Shown in pieces: positions 21,128 through 34,417 of a stretch of DNA of 56,004 nt (position 1 is the first letter of the stretch; each line of letters starts with the position of its first letter). Position numbers and translations under genes: made by a program. The stretch lies in the IMG/VR virus record IMGVR_UViG_2744054632_000003, one strand, 5' to 3'. Source of the stretch: a virus (lineage: Duplodnaviria > Heunggongvirae > Uroviricota > Caudoviricetes). The notes under the pieces were generated by a model. That model saw only the letters and a list, made by a program, of their open reading frames with translations, was not told the origin of the DNA and made no database searches.

Positions 21128-22168
21128 TTAGCCAATGCGAACGGTAACAAAACGATTGATGCGGGCCGGTATTGGCTGTGGTGCTGAATGTGTCTGCACA
21201 TATTCAATAGCCGGATCACCAGGCACAATATAGTTTTTCGGTGCAAGTTCGGCTTTAGTCAGCCCCATTCGGATTAGCTCCGGATCCTGAATACCGCCAT
21301 AGGCGACAATCCCCTGAAGAGCCGTATTGCCAAGCACCATCAAATCAGGATCAAGGAAATGTTTTTCAGTTCCGTCCTCGTCGGTATAACGCCCGCTGTA
21401 AACAACAATCGCAACATCGCCCATATATCCTTTAAAACTCACCGAATCACCAAGGTCTTTAAGGGCCGTTTCCAGTTCGGAATTAGAACCACGACGGGTA
21501 TCCAGAGCCTCTTTTATCGCTCTGAATGAACGGTATTTCTTCCATACATTACCGCCCATAATGATGATATTAGTGACGCCCTCACTAAATTCTGCGTAGC
21601 TCTCAATATCATCATTTGGATCAAAAGTTTCTTTATCCTTACCTGACCACTCAGTACCGCCAGACTGAGTGATGATATTTTGTGGTTTAATATTCCAGTC
21701 CAGCTCATAACGTTCAATACCATCGCCCTCAATGATATTTTTCCCCGTTGTGATTGCCTGAACGGCAAGCCATTCAATACGTGCACGAATAGCTTTAGCT
21801 TGATTTACAATCGCCTGTTTAACTTTAATATTACGCGCCCCAAAAGCATTGTATTGCTCAGGTGATACACCAGCAGGGCGCACAGCTAACTTATTTGGAT
21901 CAATGCTGCTTTTCGGCTTCATATAGCCTGGACGAATTGTTTTTGATTCGTACCCTTCGTCACGTGAAACTTTACTACCCACCATAGGAGAACAAAACGC
22001 TGCAATTGGGATATTTGGATCGTCGATTGTATCAAGAATAATATCGCGCGATCCAAACATTACCGAGCGAGTAAAAAACAAACTGGTAAACAACGCATTT
22101 AGTTGTTTTTGTACATCTACAGCATTAACCACCTGTACAAGCTGGGTAGGCGAATATAAATCAACCAT
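21128..22168 (-). CDS. major capsid protein E homologue (island-encoded, divergent)
   Basis: ITQSGGTEWSGKDKETFDPNDDIESYAEF...RSFRAIKEALDTRRGSNSELETALKDLG...VAIVVYSG colinear with lambda E; start taken at MVDLYSPTQLVQ with AAGAGG 6 nt upstream. Confidence 0.8.
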   Translation of the reverse strand: MVDLYSPTQLVQVVNAVDVQKQLNALFTSLFFTRSVMFGSRDIILDTIDDPNIPIAAFCSPMVGSKVSRDEGYESKTIRPGYMKPKSSIDPNKLAVRPAGVSPEQYNAFGARNIKVKQAIVNQAKAIRARIEWLAVQAITTGKNIIEGDGIERYELDWNIKPQNIITQSGGTEWSGKDKETFDPNDDIESYAEFSEGVTNIIIMGGNVWKKYRSFRAIKEALDTRRGSNSELETALKDLGDSVSFKGYMGDVAIVVYSGRYTDEDGTEKHFLDPDLMVLGNTALQGIVAYGGIQDPELIRMGLTKAELAPKNYIVPGDPAIEYVQTHSAPQPIPARINRFVTVRIG

Positions 22169-22385
22169 ACGCATCCTCTTTGCATTCATTAAAAATAATT
22201 GTGGATATATGCTATCACCGATATTTGTCATGCGAACACATGCAACCGAGTGCAATGTTGTATAAAGTTTTGGGGTGACAACTTCAGTGCGAACAATTAG
22301 TGTTAATATATTCACTCCCTTTGGTCGGGATTTATGTAGCATGCCGGAAAATTTATTTTTTCCGGCCTTTTTTTATTGGCAATAT

Positions 22386-22835
22386 TTAAAATGGGATATC
22401 ATCTCCCCATTGCTCATTATCTCCCACTGGTGGCTGGCTTCCTTGCTGATCTGCCTGTTGTTTTGCTCTGTTCAGTGCGTCAGTAGCCTGCCCCTGTTGG
22501 CCTTTTTTGCCGCCCGGTCGCACCGATCGCGCACTGATTACGCTGTCTGCGATAACCTGCCAGCCCTGCCGCGTTTCGCCGTTCTGTCCAGTCCACTGGC
22601 TCATCTGCATGTTACCCGCCACGCTCAGGAGTTCGCATTTGTGATGCTTTGCCAGCGCGTCGGCTTGTCTGCCAAACGCCAGGACAGATAACCACATCGT
22701 CGCCTGACCGTCATCCGACTGACTGCAAGGCAGTGATACCGCCATACGCGCCAGCGTCATGGGGGTGCCCTTGCTGGTCTGTTTTGTCTGCGGGTCGTCC
22801 ACCAACCGCCCGTAAACTGATATTTGCGCCGTCAT
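22386..22835 (-). CDS. single-stranded DNA-binding protein-like
   Basis: OB-fold-like N-terminus and Gly/Gln-rich tail ending in acidic DDIPF, the SSB C-terminal signature. Confidence 0.65.
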   Translation of the reverse strand: MTAQISVYGRLVDDPQTKQTSKGTPMTLARMAVSLPCSQSDDGQATMWLSVLAFGRQADALAKHHKCELLSVAGNMQMSQWTGQNGETRQGWQVIADSVISARSVRPGGKKGQQGQATDALNRAKQQADQQGSQPPVGDNEQWGDDIPF

Positions 22836-23077
22836 GCTGCCTGCTCTCCGGACTTAATATTGATTGTTGTCACTTCCTCCGCTTCAGCAATCTCCCGTTC
22901 GGTCAGAGTGGCAAAGTTTGCAGCCGCCGTTGTCATGAATGCGCTAATCAGTTCGGGATGTGCTTTCGCGTATCCTTCCCCGGCGTTGCGGTCGATGATT
23001 TTTATCGACACCCTTAACCAGTGTTCAGTCAAATCAAGGGCGTGCGATTGTGATTTTTTTGTGTGCTTCGCTGTCAT
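22832..23077 (-). CDS. hypothetical protein (81 aa)
   Basis: ORF overlapping start of SSB-like gene by 4 nt; no recognised family. Confidence 0.35.
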   Translation of the reverse strand: MTAKHTKKSQSHALDLTEHWLRVSIKIIDRNAGEGYAKAHPELISAFMTTAAANFATLTEREIAEAEEVTTINIKSGEQAA

Positions 23078-23128
23078 AGGCTTTATCTCACAGCAGTAAA
23101 TTAAAATTTTTGCGTTTTAACCCTTCAC

Positions 23129-23351
23129 CTGTTCACCTTTTGATATTTTCTCTTTTAATTCATAATGTTAATGGGTGAACAGTTTCACAAAAACTATTCA
23201 CCAACTGTTCACCACTGTTCACCCTTGAAGCTCAATAAACAATCAAAAAGGTGAACAGTGAATAGTTTGGTGAACAGTTCATAAATAACTGTTCACCCTA
23301 TAATACACTGATATAAAAGATATTTATGACAGGGTGAACAGTGGTGAACAG
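23129..23351. repeat. iteron cluster, probable island replication origin
   Basis: At least 10 copies of GGTGAACAG or its complement CTGTTCACC in both orientations in an AT-rich stretch just downstream of the primase-helicase gene. Confidence 0.7.
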
Positions 23352-23364
23352 TTATTCCATAAGT

Positions 23365-25185
23365 TTAATTTTTGCTATCGTCATTAGTGACCGATACACA
23401 TGATGGCATCCAGTCCTCTGATTCCTCCGTCAGTGTCACGTTTGAACGCAAACCGTGCTTCGTTTTCCGTTTCATATACTCCCTGCCATATTCCGCCATT
23501 GCCCCCGGCATATCTTTACCGAAGCGCGTCAGTGTTACAGGTTTACCAAACCCATGTGCCCTCATATAAGCCAGATAGGCATGATAGAGATACCTGCGTG
23601 GGCTGAATGGCACAATTTCAGCATTACCCACTAATAGGCCATCACACATTACCGATGCCATGAGATAGCCGCAGAAGTCCACCAGCGAATCCCCCTCTCG
23701 CTTTATCGCCAGTGCTTCTTCAGATTTCTGCTGCTCATATAACAGGCGTCTGGCTTCGTCCTGATCAGCAAACCGTGTAAGCAGATGACGAATCACTACC
23801 GCCAGCTCACCTTCTATTTTTTCCGCCAGCATCGAATCGCGTTCGTTCTCCGGTACAACTTCCGAAAAATTGAATATCACCCGACGACGTGAGATCCCCC
23901 CGCTGCGGTCACTGAATGACATGGCGTTATTGTTAACCGCCAGTACTACTGCCGGAATACGCGTTGAATAGGGGGCTTTGTGTTTCGGGTCAATTGCCAC
24001 CTTGTCACCGCCTGTAATGGCCTTAATCCCTGCCCCATCACCAGCGTAGCGGGTCATATCCGGCATGATAATCAGCGAAAAGCCAACCACTAACGCACGT
24101 TCCCTTGCATCTTCCAGCGCCTTCATGCTTGCTGATACTGTATTAGCCTTACCCGCCAGCATGGTGCAAATCTCCGCCATCACACTTTTACCACTTCCCC
24201 CCGGCCCTGTTACCTCAATGAATAACTGCCAGTCGTACCGGTTCGCCAGCACCATGAATAATGCCGCCAGTACGCGATCTGCCTTGCGGTCATTCTCAGC
24301 CACCGAACGGCGCAACCACTTCCAGAAATTCGGCGCATGTGTTGCCAGCGTTTCCCCCTCTGCTGGTGGGCTGAAAGGTAATTCACTGGCAATTAACAAC
24401 CAGTCGTTTTTGTTATGCTCCCGAAAATTACCAGTTCTGGTATCAAATACCCCGTTACTGAATCCAATCAGGTTACGGGCAGTATTCCCCATTACAGGCA
24501 AACTTAACTTCATGGTATCTACCGCCGATTTAATGGCGTTCTGCGAATAGCTGATCTCCGCATCAATGAAAATCTGCGCCATAGCACGCTGTAACTCTTT
24601 ATCCTGAACCGGCTCCCATACAACGCCGTTGTAATGATGAACGGTGTCAGAGTCGGCATTGATTGCCAGTTCGCCGCCGTAATGTGCAAGGAGAACTTCA
24701 CCGCGCTGGCTGGCCCCCATCTGATTCAACGCCAAAGATGAAGCACGCTCGTCATTTTTGCGCTCTGCCTTCTTCACTGGCAGTTCAATCACCAGACTTT
24801 CCCCATGCTCCGCTTCAGCTTTTAGGCCGACAAGGCGCGGAGTCCAGTCTTCAGGCTCTCGATCAACAAAGCTACGGTAACAACGTGCTTCCTTTACGCC
24901 TGCAATAGCAAGTAATGTCGCAACCTTCGTCAGACTTTTCTCTGCAATCTTTCCGGCACGATAAACACGCACATAATGACGGCCTTCATCGATAATTTGC
25001 ATATCATCCAGGTTTTCCAGTTGTTCCGTACCCAGAATGACTGGTGGTGTATCATCTGCTGCAATATGCTTACCTGCCCATTCATTCCATTCTTTTGCAT
25101 GGCTCCAGGCATCACTGCCAGCAAAAATGATGACTTCCGTCATTTTGTCGCGCGGTTGGTATTTTAAGTTCGGAGCACGTTTCAT
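23365..25185 (-). CDS. primase-helicase (P4 alpha / D5-like SF3 helicase family)
   Basis: Walker A GPGGSGKS, followed by conserved SF3 helicase-like region; GGAGGT 5 nt upstream of ATG at 25185. Confidence 0.8.
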   Translation of the reverse strand: MKRAPNLKYQPRDKMTEVIIFAGSDAWSHAKEWNEWAGKHIAADDTPPVILGTEQLENLDDMQIIDEGRHYVRVYRAGKIAEKSLTKVATLLAIAGVKEARCYRSFVDREPEDWTPRLVGLKAEAEHGESLVIELPVKKAERKNDERASSLALNQMGASQRGEVLLAHYGGELAINADSDTVHHYNGVVWEPVQDKELQRAMAQIFIDAEISYSQNAIKSAVDTMKLSLPVMGNTARNLIGFSNGVFDTRTGNFREHNKNDWLLIASELPFSPPAEGETLATHAPNFWKWLRRSVAENDRKADRVLAALFMVLANRYDWQLFIEVTGPGGSGKSVMAEICTMLAGKANTVSASMKALEDARERALVVGFSLIIMPDMTRYAGDGAGIKAITGGDKVAIDPKHKAPYSTRIPAVVLAVNNNAMSFSDRSGGISRRRVIFNFSEVVPENERDSMLAEKIEGELAVVIRHLLTRFADQDEARRLLYEQQKSEEALAIKREGDSLVDFCGYLMASVMCDGLLVGNAEIVPFSPRRYLYHAYLAYMRAHGFGKPVTLTRFGKDMPGAMAEYGREYMKRKTKHGLRSNVTLTEESEDWMPSCVSVTNDDSKN

Positions 25186-25469
25186 TTGTTACCTCCGGCA
25201 ACTAACATTGCCCGAATTTTACGGATATAGCCTGCGGCACGCCTCTGATTATCTGTCTTGCAATTTTTTACCAGAATGAAATCTCTTTCGAACTGCTGAC
25301 GCGGCATAACACATTCAAAATCATAACCATCACGCAAATAAGAGACACGACGATCATCAACCGAAATAATCTTTACCCGATAGCCATAGCTGTCTTTGAA
25401 AATATCCCCAAGGCTGATTTTTGAATGAGTTTGACCGCTGGCAATAAAGCCAGAAAATTTATTTTTCAT
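25182..25469 (-). CDS. hypothetical protein (95 aa)
   Basis: ORF translationally coupled to primase gene; no recognised family. Confidence 0.4.
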   Translation of the reverse strand: MKNKFSGFIASGQTHSKISLGDIFKDSYGYRVKIISVDDRRVSYLRDGYDFECVMPRQQFERDFILVKNCKTDNQRRAAGYIRKIRAMLVAGGNK

Positions 25470-25472
25470 TTT

Positions 25473-25697
25473 TTATTCTCCGGTATAGCTCTGGTCGTGT
25501 ATTTTTATAGCTTCATCCAGCTCTTTGATGACAGGATCAAGTAACGTAATTAACGCTCCAGCTAAATTAGCATCCCGTTCATCGTGTTCCGCATTTGTTG
25601 TCCCATCAAGCCAGGTTGATAAGATTTCTCGCATATTTTTGCCACAAACGAGCGCGTTTTCAGCATGTGTCAGCACTTTAAAATAAAGATCATTCAT
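25473..25697 (-). CDS. hypothetical protein (74 aa)
   Basis: ORF in same operon; no recognised family. Confidence 0.35.
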   Translation of the reverse strand: MNDLYFKVLTHAENALVCGKNMREILSTWLDGTTNAEHDERDANLAGALITLLDPVIKELDEAIKIHDQSYTGE

Positions 25698-26055
25698 GGC
25701 ACACCTCCTGACGAATACGGGCGGCGAATATCATCACGCAGCCAGTTGGGGATTGCTGGCGGGCTTCCTGTTCGCTGGTGGCCTCGATGGTAATCACGCG
25801 CGGTTGTGCCGTACTCAGGGCGATAAAACGCCAGATGAAATTGTTTTCACATTTCTGAATAAACAGCGTGTTTTCTTCCCGCCCTTTCCAGAAAGCCGCA
25901 GTATAGCCCATCTCCTTAACCATCTTGCGCGCATCAACCAGCGTGTCAGCGGCTACATGTACCGTAGTTGCTCCATCTGCTATGCGATCGCGATGTAGCG
26001 CCAGAAAGATGTATATAAATTTAGGGTGAGTTTGGGTATGCTGTGTTCCAGCCAT
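25690..26055 (-). CDS. hypothetical protein (121 aa)
   Basis: First gene of leftward island operon; no recognised family. Confidence 0.35.
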   Translation of the reverse strand: MAGTQHTQTHPKFIYIFLALHRDRIADGATTVHVAADTLVDARKMVKEMGYTAAFWKGREENTLFIQKCENNFIWRFIALSTAQPRVITIEATSEQEARQQSPTGCVMIFAARIRQEVCHE

Positions 26056-26085
26056 AGTCGTTACTCCAGTTAACGGTTTGTGGTT

Positions 26086-26190
26086 AGACGCCTAGGTGTG
26101 TTGCGAGCACCCTAGGGCGTTGTTTATAGGTATAACATCATGTTAATGTGTGTACCTATTCAACACTGATGCTAAGCAATAGGTACACAC
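26086..26190. promoter_or_regulatory. divergent promoter/operator region with two palindromes
   Basis: Perfect 15-bp inverted repeat ATGTGTGTACCTATT / AATAGGTACACACAT and imperfect palindrome CGCCTAGG...CCTAGGGCG between divergent operons. Confidence 0.5.
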
Positions 26191-26385
26191 ATGTCAACTA
26201 CAATTCAAAGAGATAAGCAGCCAAAAGGAGCCGGCAAAGCCCCTGCGTTTCAGATCCGAATCAATCCTGAACTCAAAGAACAGATGGCTGAATCAGCAGC
26301 TCAGGAAGGAATGAGCTTGGCCAATTGGATTAAAGAATTAGTTCGTGCTGAGCTTCGCCGTAAAGGTATAGAACCTAAAGGCTAA
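26191..26385 (+). CDS. ribbon-helix-helix (Arc/CopG-like) DNA-binding protein
   Basis: 64 aa; FQIRINPELKEQMAESAAQEGMSLANWIKELVRAEL fits the RHH beta-alpha-alpha pattern. Confidence 0.55.
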   Translation: MSTTIQRDKQPKGAGKAPAFQIRINPELKEQMAESAAQEGMSLANWIKELVRAELRRKGIEPKG

Positions 26386-26417
26386 TTTTTTTAATTTTTA
26401 TTGAATAGGATATTCAA

Positions 26418-27101
26418 ATGACTCCAACTCCTGACGATGCTGTATTCACTGCATCAAACATTATAAATTTCTTCGTGGCACTCGGGACTTGCACAGCAGT
26501 GTTAGTTGCATTAATTGCTAAAAAGCAATCATCTTTTGAATCAACATTTTCTCTCATGTTATCTCAACATAACAATGCTCTAAATGATCTTAGAAAAAAA
26601 TCAAATTACTCAGAGTTAATTAATAAAATGATGAATGGATTGGTTTCTTTAAAAGACACTAATACACTGATGCACAATCATGATGCTGTTTTTGGAAGCT
26701 ACTTCAGAATATTATATCATCTATTGAAGTTCATTGATGAAAATGCTGGATACCATCCCTTTGATCTAGATCGTAAAAAAACCTATACAAGCCTTGTCCG
26801 TGCACATCTAGATAATGAAATAACGTATTTACTTGCAATAAACTGTGCACATGCTAACAGTGAAAATCAATATCATTTTTATAAAACATTGATTGAGCGC
26901 TATGCCATGTTAGAACATTTAATCTTGGATAAATCAACGCTATTGGACTATACCCCTCCAGATTTAAATGAATATCAAAAAGATTTGCGCGTAGCAACAA
27001 TAGTGGTTACCGATGATATAAAAACTATTTTTAACGAGATTGCAACAGTATATTATAAGAGCGCATTTGGAAAAAACCCTGATTTAAAAAATTTCCTGTA
27101 A
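26418..27101 (+). CDS. AT-rich membrane-anchored protein of unknown function (island cargo; candidate defence gene)
   Basis: N-terminal TM helix IINFFVALGTCTAVLVALIA; AT-rich codons; co-oriented with RHH gene. Confidence 0.45.
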   Translation: MTPTPDDAVFTASNIINFFVALGTCTAVLVALIAKKQSSFESTFSLMLSQHNNALNDLRKKSNYSELINKMMNGLVSLKDTNTLMHNHDAVFGSYFRILYHLLKFIDENAGYHPFDLDRKKTYTSLVRAHLDNEITYLLAINCAHANSENQYHFYKTLIERYAMLEHLILDKSTLLDYTPPDLNEYQKDLRVATIVVTDDIKTIFNEIATVYYKSAFGKNPDLKNFL

Positions 27102-27127
27102 GATATAGGGAGGAATACCTCCCTAAC

Positions 27128-27358
27128 TTACCATTCACCTCTTATCCAAGCTTGAATCTCAGAGAGTCTATAAGCCACCGCCGTAGATCCGATTTTGATT
27201 CGCTTGGGGAATTTCCCCTCCTTTTCAAGCTTCCAGCGTGTGCTGTTCGCAAGAGTGGTTAGCTCCCGACATTCTTTCTCACGGATCATTCGGTCAATGT
27301 TAGGAATGTACTCCAGACCCTTTTTATCAACAATTGCCATTTTTTTCATGTTAACCAA
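27128..27358 (-). CDS. alpA: AlpA family transcriptional regulator / excisionase-like
   Basis: Small HTH protein immediately downstream of integrase; LEYIPNIDRMIREKECRELTTLANSTRWKLEKEGKFP. Confidence 0.7.
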   Translation of the reverse strand: MVNMKKMAIVDKKGLEYIPNIDRMIREKECRELTTLANSTRWKLEKEGKFPKRIKIGSTAVAYRLSEIQAWIRGEW

Positions 27359-28586
27359 CCTTTTGTTTGAGGATTGTCACTTTTGAATCAGCACCTGCGA
27401 TGCTATTGAGATATGTAGTCCAGAGTTCCAGAGCATCCAGTTTTTTAGCCATAAACTTACTCCGGTTGTAAACACCTGCCACGCCAGGTAGCGCATGGCC
27501 TAACAGTTGTTCTACTACATAAAATTCAACACCGAGATCACTTAGATGAGTAGATAGCGTTCTTCTAAGGTCGTGTAGTGACCATTGTTTTTCATGGCCC
27601 AAACGTTTACCGATTTTCCCCCCAATCTTGCTTACGCTTTCTCTAATTCGCAGACTTCCCAGCACATAACCAGTATGTTTTGTCTCTTCGTGAACATCCG
27701 TTACCCACTGTCGTAGAATTTCAGGTACTGGTCTGACGATTTCAACACCAGTTTTTGAGTGATCTTTTGGTACAGTCCAAACCCAACTTTCGAGATCCCA
27801 TTCGCTCCATTCTGATAATCGGGCTTCACTCATTCGACATCCAAATACTGTACAAAGCACAAACATTTTTCGCGTGTATTCAGACATTAGTTTTAAATCA
27901 GGCTCGACAAAAATTGCCTTCCAGAGCTGGCCGAGTTCGGCTTCATCCAGAACCCGATCCCGCTTACCTGCAATCTGCCCCACATCACTCATGCGCAAAT
28001 CCTTTAAAGCATCACACGTCGCGTACTGGCGTACCCGACAAAAACGAAGAGCTAATTTAGTGTCAGAAAAAACATACGCCGCCATAACTGGTGCATTACG
28101 TTTAATTCGGTCAAAACAGTCCAGCCATTCATATAGGTGAGTGTCATTTACGGGCAAATGACCGATATAGGGAAAGATATGCTTTCGAAATCTGCCAAGC
28201 GTTACAGCATGAGTTTTACGACGCACCTTACAGTAATTTTCATACCAGTAATTTAGTGCATCCTCCACTGTGACCGGCTTTAAGCGTTCTTCAGCCTGAA
28301 TCTTAATCTGGATACGCGGATCACGTTTGTCAGCCAACCAACCACGGCACTCGTCGCGCTTTTCCCTTGCCTGTTTGAGTGACATATCAGGATATTTACC
28401 CAACGTTAGCCAGACCGGAGCAGCCCGGCCACCTGCTAACCTGTAGAAGAAAACAAAGCTCACAGCCCCTTTAGTACTCACACGAATAGAAAGCCCCTTT
28501 CCATCAGCAATGGTGATCTGCTTTTCTCTGGGTTTCCCCAGATATCCTTTAAGCGCTTTGTCGCTCAGTTTGTTCTCGCCAGCCAT
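27351..28586 (-). CDS. int: tyrosine integrase (P4-type)
   Basis: Conserved HDLRRT and LLGH motifs of tyrosine recombinases; start taken at MAGENKL; adjacent to attR. Confidence 0.85.
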   Translation of the reverse strand: MAGENKLSDKALKGYLGKPREKQITIADGKGLSIRVSTKGAVSFVFFYRLAGGRAAPVWLTLGKYPDMSLKQAREKRDECRGWLADKRDPRIQIKIQAEERLKPVTVEDALNYWYENYCKVRRKTHAVTLGRFRKHIFPYIGHLPVNDTHLYEWLDCFDRIKRNAPVMAAYVFSDTKLALRFCRVRQYATCDALKDLRMSDVGQIAGKRDRVLDEAELGQLWKAIFVEPDLKLMSEYTRKMFVLCTVFGCRMSEARLSEWSEWDLESWVWTVPKDHSKTGVEIVRPVPEILRQWVTDVHEETKHTGYVLGSLRIRESVSKIGGKIGKRLGHEKQWSLHDLRRTLSTHLSDLGVEFYVVEQLLGHALPGVAGVYNRSKFMAKKLDALELWTTYLNSIAGADSKVTILKQKVG

Positions 28587-28748
28587 TTTTAGCCCCAAAA
28601 AGCAATACAAGCTGCAATACAGAGATGATTGCAACACACAGATAACGAGGAAAATTCAGTGAAAGCGCCAGATAAACTTATTCTTTATTATCAAAAGATT
28701 AAGTGTAAAAACCAGCAACTACACGAAAGCCTCAGAAAGCCATGCTAA

Positions 28749-28994
28749 GTGCTTCGGCTTGACATATCCCGGCGTAAATTCAGAGGTGGAGCCGCCACGG
28801 GAGCGGATAACCTCACCGGAAACAATCGGCGAAACGTACAGCGCCATGTTTACCAGCCCCGGAATTTGTGAGAGATAGACTTTCTCCGTGGTGAAGGGAT
28901 AGCTCTCACGGAAAAAGAGACGCAGAAACAGCGGATCAAACTTAAATTTCTGCTCATTTGCCGCCAGCAGCTGGGCGGTTGTGTACATCGACAT
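28749..28994 (-). pseudogene. E: major capsid protein E, N-terminal 82 codons, interrupted by island insertion
   Basis: MSMYTTAQLLAANEQKFKFDPLFLRLFFRESYPFTTEKVYLSQIPGLVNMALYVSPIVSGEVIRSRGGSTSEFTPGYVKPKH then reads LAWLSEAFV-stop into island DNA. Confidence 0.9.
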
Positions 28995-29049
28995 AAAAAA
29001 ATCCCGTAAAAAAAGCCGCACAGGCGGCCTTTAGTGATGAAGGGTAAGG

Positions 29050-29382
29050 TTAAACGATGCTGATTGCCGTTCCGGCAAACGCGGTCCGTTTTTTCGTCTC
29101 GTCGCTGGCAGCCTCCGGCCAGAGCACATCCTCATAACGGAACGTGCCGGACTTGTAGAACGTCAGCGTGGTGCTGGTCTGGTCAGCAGCAACAGCAAGA
29201 ATGCCAACGGCAGCACCGTCGGTGGTGCCATCCCACGCAACCAGCTTACGGGTGGAGGTGTCCAGCATCAGCGGGGTCATTGCAGGCGCTTTCGCACTCA
29301 ATCCGCCTGGCGCGGTTGCGGTATGAGCCGGGTCACTGTTGCCCAGCGGCTGGTAATGGGTAAAGGTTTCTTTGCTCGTCAT
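29050..29382 (-). CDS. D: head decoration protein D
   Basis: [43 protein letters not shown] matches lambda D. Confidence 0.9.
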   Translation of the reverse strand: MTSKETFTHYQPLGNSDPAHTATAPGGLSAKAPAMTPLMLDTSTRKLVAWDGTTDGAAVGILAVAADQTSTTLTFYKSGTFRYEDVLWPEAASDETKKRTAFAGTAISIV

Positions 29383-29391
29383 AAACATCCC

Positions 29392-30691
29392 TTACACTGG
29401 TGTGTTCAGCAAATCGTTAACGGCATCAGATGCCGGGTTACCTGCAGCCAGCGGTGCCGGTGCACCCTGCATCAGACGATCCAGCGCAGTGTCACTGCGC
29501 GCCTGTGCACTCTGTGGTGCTGCGGCCAGAATGCGGCGGGCCGTTTCCACGGTCATACCGGGGGTTTCTGCCAGAACGCGCGCCTGTTCTTCGCGTCCGT
29601 GAGCCTCCTCACAGTTGAGGATCCCCATAATGCGGCTGTTTTCTGCCGCAACCGCTGCAGTGATCTGCGCGTTCACGTCCGGCTGCGCCGCGCTGGCGTT
29701 TTCGCCCTCCGTCGCTGGCACCACCTCAGTAACGTCAGCCTGCGAAGCAGTGGCTGAAACAGTTGTTGATTGAGTCTCTTTGGTCATTCGCCCTCCTGAG
29801 AGACGGGATTTATGTGCATCCAGTGCATCACGCATGACGGTGATCGCATCGGTGCTGTTAACAAGTTCATCAGCCAGTCCGGCATCAATGGCCTCCTGAC
29901 CGCTGTACACTGCAGCCTCGGTATCCAGCACAGCCTGCACAGACAGGCCGGTATATGCCGACACCTTCTGCGCAAACATCCGGCGGGTTGCGTCCATCCG
30001 GGACTGCAGTGTCTCCCGGACGTCATCCGGAAGATGGCTGTAAGGATTGCCATCCACCTTATGGCTGCCGCTGTAAATCAGCGTGATTTCCACGCCCTGT
30101 TTCTCCAGGGCAGCACCGTAATTACTGTGAGCCATCATGACGCCGATGGAGCCTGTCCGGGCGGTCTGCGTGACCAGACGCCGGGAGGCGGCACTGGCAA
30201 GCAGCTGACCTGCACTGCAGTTCATGTCGTTGGCCAGCGCCCATACCGGTTTTATGTCACGCACACGGGCGATGATGTCAGCGCAGTCAAATGCCCCCGC
30301 CACCATTCCGCCTGGCGTGTCCATATCGAGCAGAATGCCGTCCACCATCGGGTCGCTGGCGGCCTGTTGCAGACGGGCGATAATGCCGTTGTAACCGGTC
30401 ATCCCCGAGTACGGCTGCAGCGCCCGCGTCCGGCTGACCAGCGTGCCGGACACCGGCAGCACGGCGATGCCGTTCATGACCTGATAACTGCGGGCCTGTC
30501 GTGGTCCGTCATCATCACCGGATAATGCCAGCGTCGCGAGTGCCTCCTGGGCAGTCAGGCTGTCGCCGGACACCGCATCCGTCAGGCGGCTGATCCCAAG
30601 CTGGCCTGCAAGCGCACAAAAGAAAACCCGCGCATAGGCGGGTTCAAGCATCAGCGGCTCATTAAAGGCCATGCTGGCAATATGCGGGAGA

Positions 30692-30711
<20 letters not shown>
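29392..30711 (-). CDS. C: capsid assembly protease C (S49 family), Nu3 scaffold nested in frame
   Basis: TAELRNLPHIASMAFNEPLMLEPAYARVFFCALAGQ matches lambda C; likely GTG start. Confidence 0.85.

Positions 30712-34391
<3,680 letters not shown>

Positions 34392-34417
<26 letters not shown>

Larger units (their letters stand above)
18384..28759. mobile_element. phage satellite-like integrative island (PICI/P4-like) inserted in prophage gene E
   Basis: Direct repeat TGCTTCGGCT at 18384-18393 and 28750-28759; contains int, alpA, primase-helicase, iteron ori, SSB-like, E/D homologues, cos copy and AT-rich cargo; no terminase, portal or tail genes. Confidence 0.8.

Noticed and set aside
22169-22342. 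N-terminal 58-codon extension of the island E-like ORF
   Set aside because: Homology to lambda E begins at the internal Met (MVDLYSP), which has a good Shine-Dalgarno; the extension has no support.
23129-23351. Possible CRISPR array
   Set aside because: Repeats are 9 bp, occur in both orientations with irregular spacing and no spacer structure; they are replication iterons. The same reasoning applies to the ori iterons at 47389-47502.
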